Position numbers and translations under genes: made by a program. The notes under the pieces are model-generated. The model did no database searches and had not been told where the DNA came from. It saw nothing but the letters and a program-made list of their open reading frames with translations. This document shows positions 28,799 through 37,974 of a stretch of 64,000 nt of DNA, one piece after another. Every line of letters starts with the position of its first letter. The stretch's first letter is position 1. Origin of the DNA: Sphaerochaetaceae bacterium (GTDB lineage: Bacteria; Spirochaetota; Spirochaetia; Sphaerochaetales; Sphaerochaetaceae). Where the stretch lies: the NCBI GenBank assembly GCA_024684115.1, contig JAIKXP010000082.1, forward strand, positions 25,975 to 89,974, in the 5' to 3' direction.

Positions 28799-28826
28799 AC
28801 TTTACAGAATATACATTATATCCAAA
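28799..28826. other. Weak dif-like (XerC/D-type) 28-mer: ACTTTACAGAA-TATACA-TTATATCCAAA
   Basis: By my hand alignment it matches about 19-20 of 28 positions to the E. coli and B. subtilis dif sequences as I remember them. It is intergenic and lies ~0.9 kb from the gene-orientation switch. Confidence 0.2.
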
Positions 28827-28863
28827 ATTAGAGAAAAGTACATTGCCCTATTTTTAAAGAGAA

Positions 28864-29538
28864 TTAAATATCATCGTAATCGACGTATCCGAGATAAACC
28901 AGCTTGGACCAGTATGGAGTTGAGAAATTTCCGGCTCCGGATGTAAGAGCTGCAAAGATTACAATTCTTGTATCTGTTGTAAATTCGTGAGTCTTGTCGG
29001 ATTCTTCAAAGCTGAAGGTGTAATCCAGTGAAGAAGCGCTTATGGTGTAAGTCTTCTCTGTCTTATCTACAGAGCCTCCCGTGAAGGAAGCGGAAACAGT
29101 AGTTCCTGAAACGTACGGAGAAAGAGAAATGTTATAAACCGGGCTCTGAGGTCTAACCCCGTTAATTGAAAATGCGTAGAGCGTATAGTCAGTGTACTTG
29201 CCGGATGAGAACTCAATCTCTGAAATTGAACAGTCTGAGTTAATGACAAGAGTCGGGCTTGATTTGGAAGTAAACTCTTTTATCATCTTTGAGTTGATTG
29301 AGCTGTAGTCATCTGTTTCATCACAGATGTAATAACAGAGGGTTAATCCGGGACCTGCAGTAATTTTGGAAACATCTGAATCTGATCCTGTGACATTAAA
29401 GGAAGATATATCAGAGGTTGATGAAATTGAAATGTTTGACAGGTCGCAGAATGTTGGAATGCCGCATGAGCATAAAAAAACAGACACCATGACAATAATG
29501 AGAATTATTAAAGTCCGGTGTCCGTTTTTCTTAGGCAT
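28864..29538 (-). CDS. Hypothetical lipoprotein
   Basis: Signal peptide with lipobox (VFLCSCG). Ser/Thr-rich, beta-rich sequence. No family recognised. Confidence 0.55.
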   Translation of the reverse strand: MPKKNGHRTLIILIIVMVSVFLCSCGIPTFCDLSNISISSTSDISSFNVTGSDSDVSKITAGPGLTLCYYICDETDDYSSINSKMIKEFTSKSSPTLVINSDCSISEIEFSSGKYTDYTLYAFSINGVRPQSPVYNISLSPYVSGTTVSASFTGGSVDKTEKTYTISASSLDYTFSFEESDKTHEFTTDTRIVIFAALTSGAGNFSTPYWSKLVYLGYVDYDDI

Positions 29539-29544
29539 AAATTA

Positions 29545-30210
29545 TTACATTACGTTAAGAATATTCTTAGCAAGAGCTGCGTATTCAGAAGATGAATAGG
29601 AATCTACAATCTGCTGAAGCTCAGCCTTTGCAAGTTCTGTCTTTCCCTGAGAAGAATAGATGCGGGCCATGTTGAACAGAGCCTTTGGCACTACTCCGCT
29701 CTCCTTGTATTCGGCAGCCTTTGTGTAGAAGGAAAGAGCTGAATCAACATCTCCATTCTCTTCTGCAGCAGCTGCTCCGTTTACCAGGGCAAGAGGAGCA
29801 AGATAGGTATTTTTGCCAAGTTCATAAGCCTTTGAATAGGCTGCAAATGCATTGGCATAATCACCGCTCTCGTAGTAAAGACCACCAAGAAGATAGGCAG
29901 ACTTTACTGAAGTGTAGGATGAATCCTTGATTTCTGCATTAAGGGCTGAAACCAGAGAATTGAATTCATCTGCACTCTTCTCATCAGATGACAGATAGGC
30001 TGAAGATCTTTTCTCAAGATCAGCAACCCTGATCATGGCCTTCTCCTTTGCAGAAGAAGAAACTGAAGTAATAATTACAATTGCTATAAGTGCAACAACT
30101 ACAACAGCACAGGCAATCAGGATAACCTTCTTGTGAAGGTTGAAGAAACCTGTGACATTTTCCGTAACCTTATCGGCTACGGAAATCTCAGTCTTATCCT
30201 TTTTTGCCAT
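29545..30210 (-). CDS. Membrane-anchored TPR protein (YfgM-like)
   Basis: A single N-terminal TM (VILIACAVVVVALIAIVIIT) followed by TPR-like repeats (YLLGGLYYESGDYANAFAAYSKAYEL...). Confidence 0.6.
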   Translation of the reverse strand: MAKKDKTEISVADKVTENVTGFFNLHKKVILIACAVVVVALIAIVIITSVSSSAKEKAMIRVADLEKRSSAYLSSDEKSADEFNSLVSALNAEIKDSSYTSVKSAYLLGGLYYESGDYANAFAAYSKAYELGKNTYLAPLALVNGAAAAEENGDVDSALSFYTKAAEYKESGVVPKALFNMARIYSSQGKTELAKAELQQIVDSYSSSEYAALAKNILNVM

Positions 30211-30212
30211 TA

Positions 30213-31916
30213 TTATTTCTCCTTACCTGAAGAAATAAGATCAGCAAATGTAACTGTGTCATCATCATCTGAATTTGAGAGGTACTTCTCTACTTCAGAT
30301 TCCTGGTTCTTCTTGATCATCTCTCTGATTGAGAGTGTGAGCTTCTGCTGCTGAGGAACAACGTCCATAACCATAGCAGTAATCTCATCACCAACCTTGA
30401 ATCTCTTGAGAACTTCGTCGGTATACTCTTCTTCAGGAGCGCAGAGATTGAACTTTGAAATAAGTCCTTCAATATCTCCGTCAACCTTTACGAATACGCC
30501 GAAGTCAGTAACGTTTGAAACTGTACCGGTGATTGTTGAGAACTTCGGATGAGAAGATCTGAGTGTCTGCCATGGATTGTTTGTAATCTGCTTGACACCA
30601 AGTCTGATTCTTCTGTTCTCAGGCTCGACTCTTGTAACTACAACGTCAATAACATCTCCTTCCTTGCAGAAAGATGAAATGTTCTTGACTTTCTTTGTCC
30701 ATGAAACATCATCAACATGGAGGAAGCCGTCAATTCCCTCTTCGAGGTTAACGAAAGCACCGCTGTTTGTGACCTTTACAACTGGTCTTGAAAGCTGTGT
30801 TCCAACCGGATAGCGCTCAGCAATTGTATCCCATGGGTTTGACTCGAGCTGCTTGATTCCGAGAGATACTCTCTTCTTGTCAAGGTCGTAGCCGAGAATC
30901 TTGCACTGTACTACATCTCCAAGGTTGAGAACTTCCTTAGGATTGTTGATGCGCTTTGTCCAGCTCAGCTCTGAAATGTGGGCAAGACCCTCAATTCCAG
31001 GAGCAATTTCAATGAATACACCGAATGTAGTCATCTTTGTAACAGGAGCTGTAATTACATCTCCAACCTTGAAGTTATCTTCAAATGTTACCCATGGATC
31101 TTCTTCCATGTGCTTGAGGGAAAGGTTGATCTTCTTTGTCTCAGGATCAATGTTGATCAGTCTGAGCTGTACCTTCTCGCCCTTCTTGACATAGTCTCTG
31201 GGTCTGCTTACGTGACCCCATGACATGTCGTTGAGGTGAAGAAGTCCGTCAAAACCACCGAGGTCAATGAAAGCACCGAAGCTTGTGAATGACTTTACAA
31301 CGCCTTCTACAACGTCACCGATCTTGACTTCAGAGAAGAACTTCTCCTTGTTTTCCTTAATCTTCTTCTCGAGGTAGTCTCTTCTTGAGACAACACTCTT
31401 GAGCTTGTTTGCAGTATGGAACTTCTCAATGATGAAATAATCCGTAACACCGATAAGGCTTTCCGGATTCTCTGTTCTTACTATATCAGCCTTTGACAGA
31501 GGGCAGAAACCTGAGAAATCAGATCCAAGATCAACTTCATAGCCACCCTTGATTACCTTGACAAACTTACCGACAACCGGTGTCTTGTCTTCAGCAGCCT
31601 GACGAAGCTCCTGAGCTCTGGCCTGTGTATCAGCCTTTTTCTTGGAAATGATGACCTGGCCACCCTTTCCTTCCTTGTTAACAATTAAAACCACGACAGA
31701 ATCGCCGATAGACGGTGTTTCTTCGAATTCTTCTACTGGAATTCTACCTTCGGACTTGTAACCGACATCGACAAATACATACTCGTTGTTGACCTGAACA
31801 ACAGTACCGGTAACGAGCTGACCGTCTTCGATTCCATCAAGAGATTTCAGATACTCCTCCTGCAAAAGGCTCTGCATTTCAGTATCCTTTTTTTCAACTT
31901 CCAATTCTTCAGACAT
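30213..31916 (-). CDS. rpsA: 30S ribosomal protein S1
   Basis: 567 aa with six S1 domains, showing repeated G..V.G.V......GAF(V/I)(D/E/N)L motifs. Confidence 0.93.
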   Translation of the reverse strand: MSEELEVEKKDTEMQSLLQEEYLKSLDGIEDGQLVTGTVVQVNNEYVFVDVGYKSEGRIPVEEFEETPSIGDSVVVLIVNKEGKGGQVIISKKKADTQARAQELRQAAEDKTPVVGKFVKVIKGGYEVDLGSDFSGFCPLSKADIVRTENPESLIGVTDYFIIEKFHTANKLKSVVSRRDYLEKKIKENKEKFFSEVKIGDVVEGVVKSFTSFGAFIDLGGFDGLLHLNDMSWGHVSRPRDYVKKGEKVQLRLINIDPETKKINLSLKHMEEDPWVTFEDNFKVGDVITAPVTKMTTFGVFIEIAPGIEGLAHISELSWTKRINNPKEVLNLGDVVQCKILGYDLDKKRVSLGIKQLESNPWDTIAERYPVGTQLSRPVVKVTNSGAFVNLEEGIDGFLHVDDVSWTKKVKNISSFCKEGDVIDVVVTRVEPENRRIRLGVKQITNNPWQTLRSSHPKFSTITGTVSNVTDFGVFVKVDGDIEGLISKFNLCAPEEEYTDEVLKRFKVGDEITAMVMDVVPQQQKLTLSIREMIKKNQESEVEKYLSNSDDDDTVTFADLISSGKEK

Positions 31917-31940
31917 TTTGGTTCTCCTGATCCTTAAACT

Positions 31941-32585
31941 TTATACTTTACTGCTCGAACGAACAGCTTTTAACACTTTCTCACAAACTTCATTTAACGT
32001 CAAGTATGAGGTATCTATATATGCGGAATCCGCAGAAATTTTCAGACCACCTACGGGTTTGTTCCTGTCAATGTGGTCACGCTCAATTATTTCTGCGAGC
32101 ACCTGCTCATAAGGCATGGCTTCAGGGTTCTGGTCAAACCTTCTCTTTGCCCTTACCTCAGGTTTTGCGTCAAAGAAAAACTTGAACTCTGCATCCGGGA
32201 AAACGACTGTGGTCATATCCCTGCCCTCTGCAATAATTGAGAGCTTTTCTGTCAGTTCGTGGATTCTCTTATTTACTATGGCCCTGACGTTGGGATTAAC
32301 GGATATACGGGAAGCGTTGAGGTCTATCTCCGGTGTATGGAGCTTATCTTCCACATCTTCTCCGTCAAGGCAGAACCTGCCGTTAACAACATCAAAGTCC
32401 GCAAGAGCTGCCTGCTCCTCGCACTTTGCATTATCTGCCGGATCAACTCCGTTTCTCAGTACCCTCAGGGTAACTGCACGGTAGAAGTTTCCTGAGTTCA
32501 GATAGTAGATTCCGAGTTCTTTTGCCACATTCTTTGCAACAGAACTTTTGCCGACCCCTGCAGGTCCGTCAATTGCTATGATCAT
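31941..32585 (-). CDS. cmk: Cytidylate kinase
   Basis: IIAIDGPAGVGKSSVAK P-loop and the typical EGRDMTTVVFPDA motif. Confidence 0.92.
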   Translation of the reverse strand: MIIAIDGPAGVGKSSVAKNVAKELGIYYLNSGNFYRAVTLRVLRNGVDPADNAKCEEQAALADFDVVNGRFCLDGEDVEDKLHTPEIDLNASRISVNPNVRAIVNKRIHELTEKLSIIAEGRDMTTVVFPDAEFKFFFDAKPEVRAKRRFDQNPEAMPYEQVLAEIIERDHIDRNKPVGGLKISADSAYIDTSYLTLNEVCEKVLKAVRSSSKV

Positions 32586-33304
32586 CAGTGTTTACCTCCT
32601 GCCAGAGCAACCAGCTTTCTGACTTCAGAAGAGCTGAGTTTTCTGTATCTTCCTGACGGCAGATCTTCAAGCTCTATGTTTCCGATCCTGATTCTGGTAA
32701 GGCGTTTTACGCGGTAGCCAAGTTCCTCAAACATGTTTCTGATTTCCCTGTTCTTTCCTTCTGTGAGAACCAGGGAAGCCTCATTCTTTGAAAGAAGCCT
32801 GAAAGACTTGATTCTGTAAGGCTTGATTTCGCCCCTGTACATGGCGTCCAGATCCTTTTTGAGTATATCAAGGTCGGTTTTTACAATATATTCCTTCTCA
32901 ACTTCTGAGGAAGGATGGGTTATGAGGTTGGAAAATTCTCCGTCATTCGTAAAGAGGATAAGACCCTGTGAATCCTTATCAAGGCGTCCTACGTTGAAAA
33001 GAAGATTTCTGTCTTCTATATCAATGAGGTCCCTGGCATATGCCGTTTCATTCGGGTCCCAGTTTGTGCATACATATCCGCGGGGCTTGTTGAGAGCAAA
33101 GTAATAGACCCTGTTCTCAATTTCTGCGAGCACATCATCCACATAGACTACGTCTGATTCTTCTACTTTGGTACCGAGCTCGGTTACCCTTTTTCCGTTT
33201 ACTTTTACCCTACCGCTCTGGATGAGGGTTTCACAGAATCTTCTTGATCCTACGCCGCTCTTTGCAAGGTACACCTGAAGTCTGAGAGGAAATTCAATGT
33301 TCAT
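32585..33304 (-). CDS. rluB: Pseudouridine synthase, RsuA/RluB family, with an N-terminal S4 domain
   Basis: RLQVYLAKSGVGSRR S4 motif, catalytic GRLDKDSQGLILFTNDG, and EKEY...REIRNMFE. Confidence 0.85.
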   Translation of the reverse strand: MNIEFPLRLQVYLAKSGVGSRRFCETLIQSGRVKVNGKRVTELGTKVEESDVVYVDDVLAEIENRVYYFALNKPRGYVCTNWDPNETAYARDLIDIEDRNLLFNVGRLDKDSQGLILFTNDGEFSNLITHPSSEVEKEYIVKTDLDILKKDLDAMYRGEIKPYRIKSFRLLSKNEASLVLTEGKNREIRNMFEELGYRVKRLTRIRIGNIELEDLPSGRYRKLSSSEVRKLVALAGGKH

Positions 33305-33843
33305 ATAAGCTCCCGTTCAAATCTCTGCCTGTCAATCTCTGAGAGTTTGGGCAGATCGCTGATTGTTGTTATTCCGAATGTGTAAAGAAATTTTTTTGTT
33401 GTTCCGTAAAGACATGGGTGGCCCTGAACGTCCTTTCTGCCCACTACCTTTATATAATCCCTCTCCCTGAGGATCCTGATTATGGAATCAGACGAAACTC
33501 CCCTTATCTTACTTATGTCACTTCTTGTTACCGGCTGTGAATAGGCCACAATTGCCAGAGTTTCGACGGCAGCCTTTGACAGGCGCCTGTCAATCTTCTT
33601 GCCGTAGCATGCACGCAGTGCTTCATTTAAATCCTGAGCGGGAATGAACTGGAAGGTTTCGGTGCTTTCCACAAGGGTCATACCGTGATTCTCCACATAG
33701 TATGCCTCGGATACTTCCTCAAGAGCCTTTCCTGCTTCTGTTTCAGAGAGGCCGGTCATACGGCATATCCTTTCTACGGAGAGAGGTTCATTTTCAAGAA
33801 ACAGGAGGGCTTCTACCAGGCGTGCATTTTCAGAAAGATTCAT
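33301..33843 (-). CDS. scpB: Segregation and condensation protein B
   Basis: EALLFLENEPLS N-terminus, ETLAIVAYSQPVTRSDISKIRGV winged-helix motif, and GRKDVQGHPCLYGTTKKFL. Confidence 0.9.
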   Translation of the reverse strand: MNLSENARLVEALLFLENEPLSVERICRMTGLSETEAGKALEEVSEAYYVENHGMTLVESTETFQFIPAQDLNEALRACYGKKIDRRLSKAAVETLAIVAYSQPVTRSDISKIRGVSSDSIIRILRERDYIKVVGRKDVQGHPCLYGTTKKFLYTFGITTISDLPKLSEIDRQRFERELI

Positions 33844-33872
33844 CTTACCTCATTATACTGAAAGCGGATGCA

Positions 33873-34682
33873 CTAGTCATCCACAACAGAGAAATTATCT
33901 TCATCTGCGAGCTTGTTTTTAACAATCTCGTCATACTCATCATCATAGTCATCTGCCAGGTCAGGGTTCCAGTCTTCAGGGCGTTTTGTAATGATTATGT
34001 CCATGAAAGGTTCCTTCTGGCTTACCAGTACCATCTTGTCCTTAACTGCATCAAGAACAGCGAGGAAAGAGCATACTATATTCATCTTTGTAGGCTTTAC
34101 GAAGAGCTCGGAGAAGGAGAAAGAGTCCCTTGTTTCAAGAATCTCATTCATAAGGGCAATCTTCTCGTTCTCAGTCACTTCCTCATAGACGTTGAAGACC
34201 TTCTCGTCCTCTGCGCTGTAGTGTTCAAGAAGCCGGGCATATACCTCCAGAAGAGTATCAAGGCCCACATCTTCCCACAGCTCTGCATCTGAGAAAGGCA
34301 TGTTGAACTCAGCGCTCTTTCTCTGAACGTTAAGTGAGCCGTCAGCCTCAATTCCCATGAGAAGTTCTGAGTATTTTTTGAATCTTGAGTATTCCAGGAG
34401 CCTTTCTACAAGGTCCTGTCTCGGGTCTATGAACTCCTCGTCAAACTCTACCTTTACAGGCAGGAGGAGCTGACTCTTTATCCATATCAGCTCCGCAGCC
34501 ATCCTGTAGAAGTCCGATAAATCCCTCAGGGCCATTTTTTCTTCGTTCTTGATGTACTGGAGAAACTGCTCCGTTATGAGGGAAACGGGAATATCATAAA
34601 TATTTATCTCGTTCTTATGGATAATATCCAGAAGAACATCCAGCGGGCCGTCATATCCCGGCACATGAAAATCAATTGCCAT
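33873..34682 (-). CDS. scpA: Segregation and condensation protein A
   Basis: [35 protein letters not shown] kleisin N-terminus. I prefer ATG 34682, which overlaps the recA 3' end by 11 nt, over the track start 34724. Confidence 0.88.
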   Translation of the reverse strand: MAIDFHVPGYDGPLDVLLDIIHKNEINIYDIPVSLITEQFLQYIKNEEKMALRDLSDFYRMAAELIWIKSQLLLPVKVEFDEEFIDPRQDLVERLLEYSRFKKYSELLMGIEADGSLNVQRKSAEFNMPFSDAELWEDVGLDTLLEVYARLLEHYSAEDEKVFNVYEEVTENEKIALMNEILETRDSFSFSELFVKPTKMNIVCSFLAVLDAVKDKMVLVSQKEPFMDIIITKRPEDWNPDLADDYDDEYDEIVKNKLADEDNFSVVDD

Positions 34683-35715
34683 CAGCCTGATTCGGGAACA
34701 TCTTCTCCCTGAGTTGCCTGTCAAGGTCGCTGAGAATCTGCGGATTTGTCTTTATGTAGTTGACCGCATTATCCCTGCCCTGGCCAATCTTCTCGCCGTT
34801 ATAGGAGAACCATGAGCCTGATTTCTCTACAAGTCCGTAGCGCAGTGCACCGTCAAGAATACTTCCTGCATAGGAAATACCCTCGTTGAACATAAGGTCC
34901 AGTTCAACCTTTCTGAAAGGAGGAGCAACCTTGTTTTTTACAATCTTGATCCTTACGCGGTTACCAATATACTCATCTGAGCCCTTTGAAAGGGTTTCAA
35001 TCCTTCTGACTTCCATTCTGACGGAGCTGTAGAACTTAAGTGCGTTTCCACCTGTGGTTGTCTCAGGGTTTCCGAACATGACGCCAATCTTCATTCTTAT
35101 CTGATTGATAAAGATTATGGTGGTGTTGCTCTTGGCAAGAATACCGGTGAGCTTCCTCAGAGCCTGGCTCATGAGCCTTGCCTGAAGACCCATGTGGGAA
35201 TCTCCCATTTCTCCTTCAATCTCAGCCTGAGGAGTCAGGGCAGCAACAGAGTCAACTACAATTATGTCAACAGCGCCGCTTCTTACCAGGGACTCTGCAA
35301 CTTCCAGAGCCTGTTCTCCGTTATCCGGCTGGCTTATCCACAGTTCATCAGTATTTACACCTATCTTCCTGGCATAGGTCGGGTCCAGTGCATGCTCTGC
35401 GTCTATGAAGGCAGCTATACCGCCGGCCTTCTGTGCCTCAGCTATTGCATGAAGGGCAAGAGTGGTCTTACCTGAAGACTCGGGTCCGTAGATCTCAATA
35501 ACCCTTCCCTTGGGGTAACCGCCAACTCCCAGAGCCTCATCAAGAAGGATGGAACCTGAGTGGATTACATCAATATTCTTAGCAATGGCACTGTCCCCCA
35601 GTTTCATAAGGGAGCCCTTGCCGAATTCCTTGTCAATCTGAGCTCTTGCTGCTTCAAGAGCCTCTTCCTTGTGTTTAAGAACCTCGTTTACGGATTCTTT
35701 TGTAGCTTTTGCCAT
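34672..35715 (-). CDS. recA: Recombinase A
   Basis: [17 protein letters not shown] Walker [10 protein letters not shown], and the [29 protein letters not shown]2 region. Confidence 0.97.
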   Translation of the reverse strand: MAKATKESVNEVLKHKEEALEAARAQIDKEFGKGSLMKLGDSAIAKNIDVIHSGSILLDEALGVGGYPKGRVIEIYGPESSGKTTLALHAIAEAQKAGGIAAFIDAEHALDPTYARKIGVNTDELWISQPDNGEQALEVAESLVRSGAVDIIVVDSVAALTPQAEIEGEMGDSHMGLQARLMSQALRKLTGILAKSNTTIIFINQIRMKIGVMFGNPETTTGGNALKFYSSVRMEVRRIETLSKGSDEYIGNRVRIKIVKNKVAPPFRKVELDLMFNEGISYAGSILDGALRYGLVEKSGSWFSYNGEKIGQGRDNAVNYIKTNPQILSDLDRQLREKMFPNQADGN

Positions 35716-35724
35716 TTCTATCTC

Positions 35725-36174
35725 CTAAAACAATTCATCCGAATCAATAATCAGGGTTACCGGACCGTCATTCTCATAGCACACATGCATGTGGGCTCCG
35801 AATACTCCACAGGCCACTTTACAGCCTTCTTCCCTGAGGTAAGTCTTGAACTTCTCATACAGGGCCTCTGCGTGTTCAGGCTTTCCGGCTCCGCTCAAAG
35901 ACGGTCTGTTACAGCCTTTAACGCTTGCATACAGGGTAAACTGACTGACTGCCAGTATGCCTGCGCCCGTATCGGTGAGGCTTCTGTTCATCTTACCGTT
36001 TTCGTCGCTGAAAATCCTCAGTCTGAATATTTTCTCAGCCATTCTTCTGCAGATTTTTTCATCATCCGCATCTGAGACTCCAAGGTAGACAAGAAGACCT
36101 TCATCTATGCTTCCGACGGTAACCCCATCCACTGTAACTGAAGCTTCCCTTACTCTCTGAACTACAGCCCTCAT
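35725..36174 (-). CDS. dtd: D-aminoacyl-tRNA deacylase
   Basis: MRAVVQRV... N-terminus, SQFTLYA motif, and 149 aa length. Confidence 0.92.
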   Translation of the reverse strand: MRAVVQRVREASVTVDGVTVGSIDEGLLVYLGVSDADDEKICRRMAEKIFRLRIFSDENGKMNRSLTDTGAGILAVSQFTLYASVKGCNRPSLSGAGKPEHAEALYEKFKTYLREEGCKVACGVFGAHMHVCYENDGPVTLIIDSDELF

Positions 36175-36833
36175 ACCCTTCCGGTTCCTCTGGAAATCCT
36201 GCTGACAAACTGAGCCTTATCCTCACTTGCAAAGAAGGCAGAACCTGCTACTGCAACGTCTATTCCGGCAGCGGCAGCATCTGTAATGGTTCTGTCACTG
36301 ATTCCGCCGTCAACGGAAATGAGGTAGTCCCTGCCGTTTCTGATTTCAACAAGGCGCTTTACCTTTTCCAGTGTGTACGGTATGAGACTCTGACCTCCGA
36401 AGCCCGGATTTACAGTCATGACCAGTACCAGGTCAACCACATCCAGAATGCCTTCTATCATGGAAACCGGAGTTGAAGGAACAATTGAAACACCGGCCTT
36501 GCATCCCAGAGTCTTTATCTGGTTCAGGACCCTGTCAAGGTGTACGCAGGCTTCGCTGTGAACGGTAATTGCCTGACAGCCGGCCTTTGCAAAATCCTCT
36601 ATGTGGTTCTGAGGTTCACGGATCATAAGGTGTGCATCAAAAAAGAGGTCGGAACACTTTCTTATGTCTGAGATGAACTTTGCACCGAAGGTAATATTCG
36701 GGACAAAGCTTCCGTCCATAACATCAAGATGAACCCACGGGGCTCCTGATTTTTTAACATCTGCAAGATCATTTCTGATATCTGAGAAATCAGCTGAAAG
36801 AACAGAAGGTGCAACAATTATTTTTCTACTCAT
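36171..36833 (-). CDS. rpe: Ribulose-phosphate 3-epimerase
   Basis: APSVLSADF, HLDVMDGSFVPN, MTVNPGFGGQ and VDGGI motifs. Confidence 0.94.
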   Translation of the reverse strand: MSRKIIVAPSVLSADFSDIRNDLADVKKSGAPWVHLDVMDGSFVPNITFGAKFISDIRKCSDLFFDAHLMIREPQNHIEDFAKAGCQAITVHSEACVHLDRVLNQIKTLGCKAGVSIVPSTPVSMIEGILDVVDLVLVMTVNPGFGGQSLIPYTLEKVKRLVEIRNGRDYLISVDGGISDRTITDAAAAGIDVAVAGSAFFASEDKAQFVSRISRGTGRV

Positions 36834-36839
36834 GGGTCT

Positions 36840-36868
36840 ATCATATCATTTTGTACGCATTGTGTGAA
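36840..36868 (-). promoter_or_regulatory. Candidate promoter TTCACA-17 nt-TATGAT, with its -10 ending 6 nt before the rpe ATG (possible leaderless transcript)
   Basis: Hexamers read on the minus strand. No SD lies between the -10 and ATG 36833. Confidence 0.35.
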
Positions 36869-36970
36869 CTTTTTATTTCTACATATCTGATAAGTTGTTA
36901 CAGTCCGGACACAGGGAAACAGAACTGGAAGAAATTACCGGTTTTTTTGATTTTATTTCACCGTCAAGAC

Positions 36971-36999
36971 TAGACGTTGTAATTGGTTATTTGTATATT
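36971..36999 (+). promoter_or_regulatory. Candidate promoter TAGACG-17 nt-TATATT, with its -10 ending 9 nt before the DUF3737 ATG
   Basis: Hexamers read directly. This would give a 5' UTR of only ~2-3 nt. Confidence 0.3.
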
Positions 37000-37008
37000 C
37001 ACTAGGAA

Positions 37009-37848
37009 ATGGAAACTTACAGCAATAAAACATATGATGAGGAAAGAGCTCTTTACGGAAGTAATGGAGTCAGGGTTCTCTCCTGCCGCTTCGACGGACC
37101 GGCAGACGGAGAAAGCGCGCTTAAAGAAAGCAGGAATGTAGAAGTCAGTGACAGCTATTTCAACCTGCGTTATCCGTTCTGGCATGATTATAATCTTACC
37201 ATTGAAAACAGCGAAATGACTGAACTCTGCCGTGCAGCACTCTGGTACACGGAAAATGCAGAGATCAGGAACACAAAGCTTCATGGAATCAAGGCTCTGC
37301 GTGAGTGTGCAGACATAAAGATTGAAGACAGTGACATTGTTTCAACTGAGTTCGGATGGTCAGTCAGAGGCATCTCCATGAAGAGAACAGGCGCCCAGGG
37401 AGAGTACTTCATGATGCGCTCGGATCATCTTGATTTTGATCATGTAACACTTAAGGGAAAGTATTCCTTCCAGTACATTACTGACTCTGTTTTCACAAAC
37501 TGTAATTTTGATACGAAAGATGCCTTCTGGCATGCAAAGAACGTTGTAGTAAAGGACAGCATCATAAAGGGAGAGTACCTTGCCTGGTACTGTGAAAACG
37601 TTACCTTCGAAAACTGCACCATAATCGGAACACAGCCTCTTTGCTACTGCAAAAACCTTAAGCTCATAAACTGCACCATGCAGAACACCGATCTCTGCTT
37701 TGAAAAGTCAGATGTAAACGCAGAGGTTGTAAATGAAGTTATCAGCATAAAGAACCCGAAAAGCGGACTCATAAAGGTAAAAGGCGTTGAAGAAATCATC
37801 ATGGATGATCCTCAGGCACACGGAGAGGTTGTTGTAACCGGAAAGTAA
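37009..37848 (+). CDS. DUF3737-like protein (predicted right-handed beta-helix repeats)
   Basis: 279 aa. The repeats of ~22 aa containing (I/V)..S.(F/I) and the N-terminus YDEERALYGSNGV resemble DUF3737 as I remember it. Confidence 0.5.
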   Translation: METYSNKTYDEERALYGSNGVRVLSCRFDGPADGESALKESRNVEVSDSYFNLRYPFWHDYNLTIENSEMTELCRAALWYTENAEIRNTKLHGIKALRECADIKIEDSDIVSTEFGWSVRGISMKRTGAQGEYFMMRSDHLDFDHVTLKGKYSFQYITDSVFTNCNFDTKDAFWHAKNVVVKDSIIKGEYLAWYCENVTFENCTIIGTQPLCYCKNLKLINCTMQNTDLCFEKSDVNAEVVNEVISIKNPKSGLIKVKGVEEIIMDDPQAHGEVVVTGK

Positions 37849-37860
37849 GCATAATTTCAG

Positions 37861-37889
37861 TTGCTATCTGACGTTTTTTATAGTATATT
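37861..37889 (+). promoter_or_regulatory. Candidate promoter TTGCTA-17 nt-TATATT upstream of the greA leader
   Basis: Hexamers read directly, 13 nt after the DUF3737 stop. Confidence 0.45.
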
Positions 37890-37915
37890 TTACATAGTTA
37901 ATTTACTTAAATCAC

Positions 37916-37949
37916 CCGAGCAGGCTAATTAGTCTGCCCGGTTTTGTTT
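37916..37949 (+). terminator. Terminator-like hairpin plus TTTTGTTT. It could be the DUF3737 terminator, a greA leader attenuator, or both.
   Basis: CCGAGCAGGC-TAATTA-GTCTGCCCGG forms a 10-position stem with 1 mismatch and 1 G-U. It lies ~25 nt after the candidate -10 and 26 nt before the greA ATG. Confidence 0.55.
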
Positions 37950-37974
37950 ACCCTAGAGGAATAAGGAGTTTTTC

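Noticed and set aside
28758-28863. A mini-ORF (TTG AAA AAA TAA) behind an AGAGGAG SD-like sequence, and a TATAAT box upstream of mazG.
   Set aside because: The ORF is too short to evaluate, and I found no matching -35 element. I kept only the weak dif-like motif from this spacer, at low confidence.
36900-36950. A T7 run after CCGG on the + strand in the rpe/DUF3737 intergenic region, considered as an orphan terminator or sRNA 3' end.
   Set aside because: The only complementary segment upstream is a 4-5 bp CCGG stem with a ~30-nt loop. There is no convincing promoter and no upstream + strand gene.
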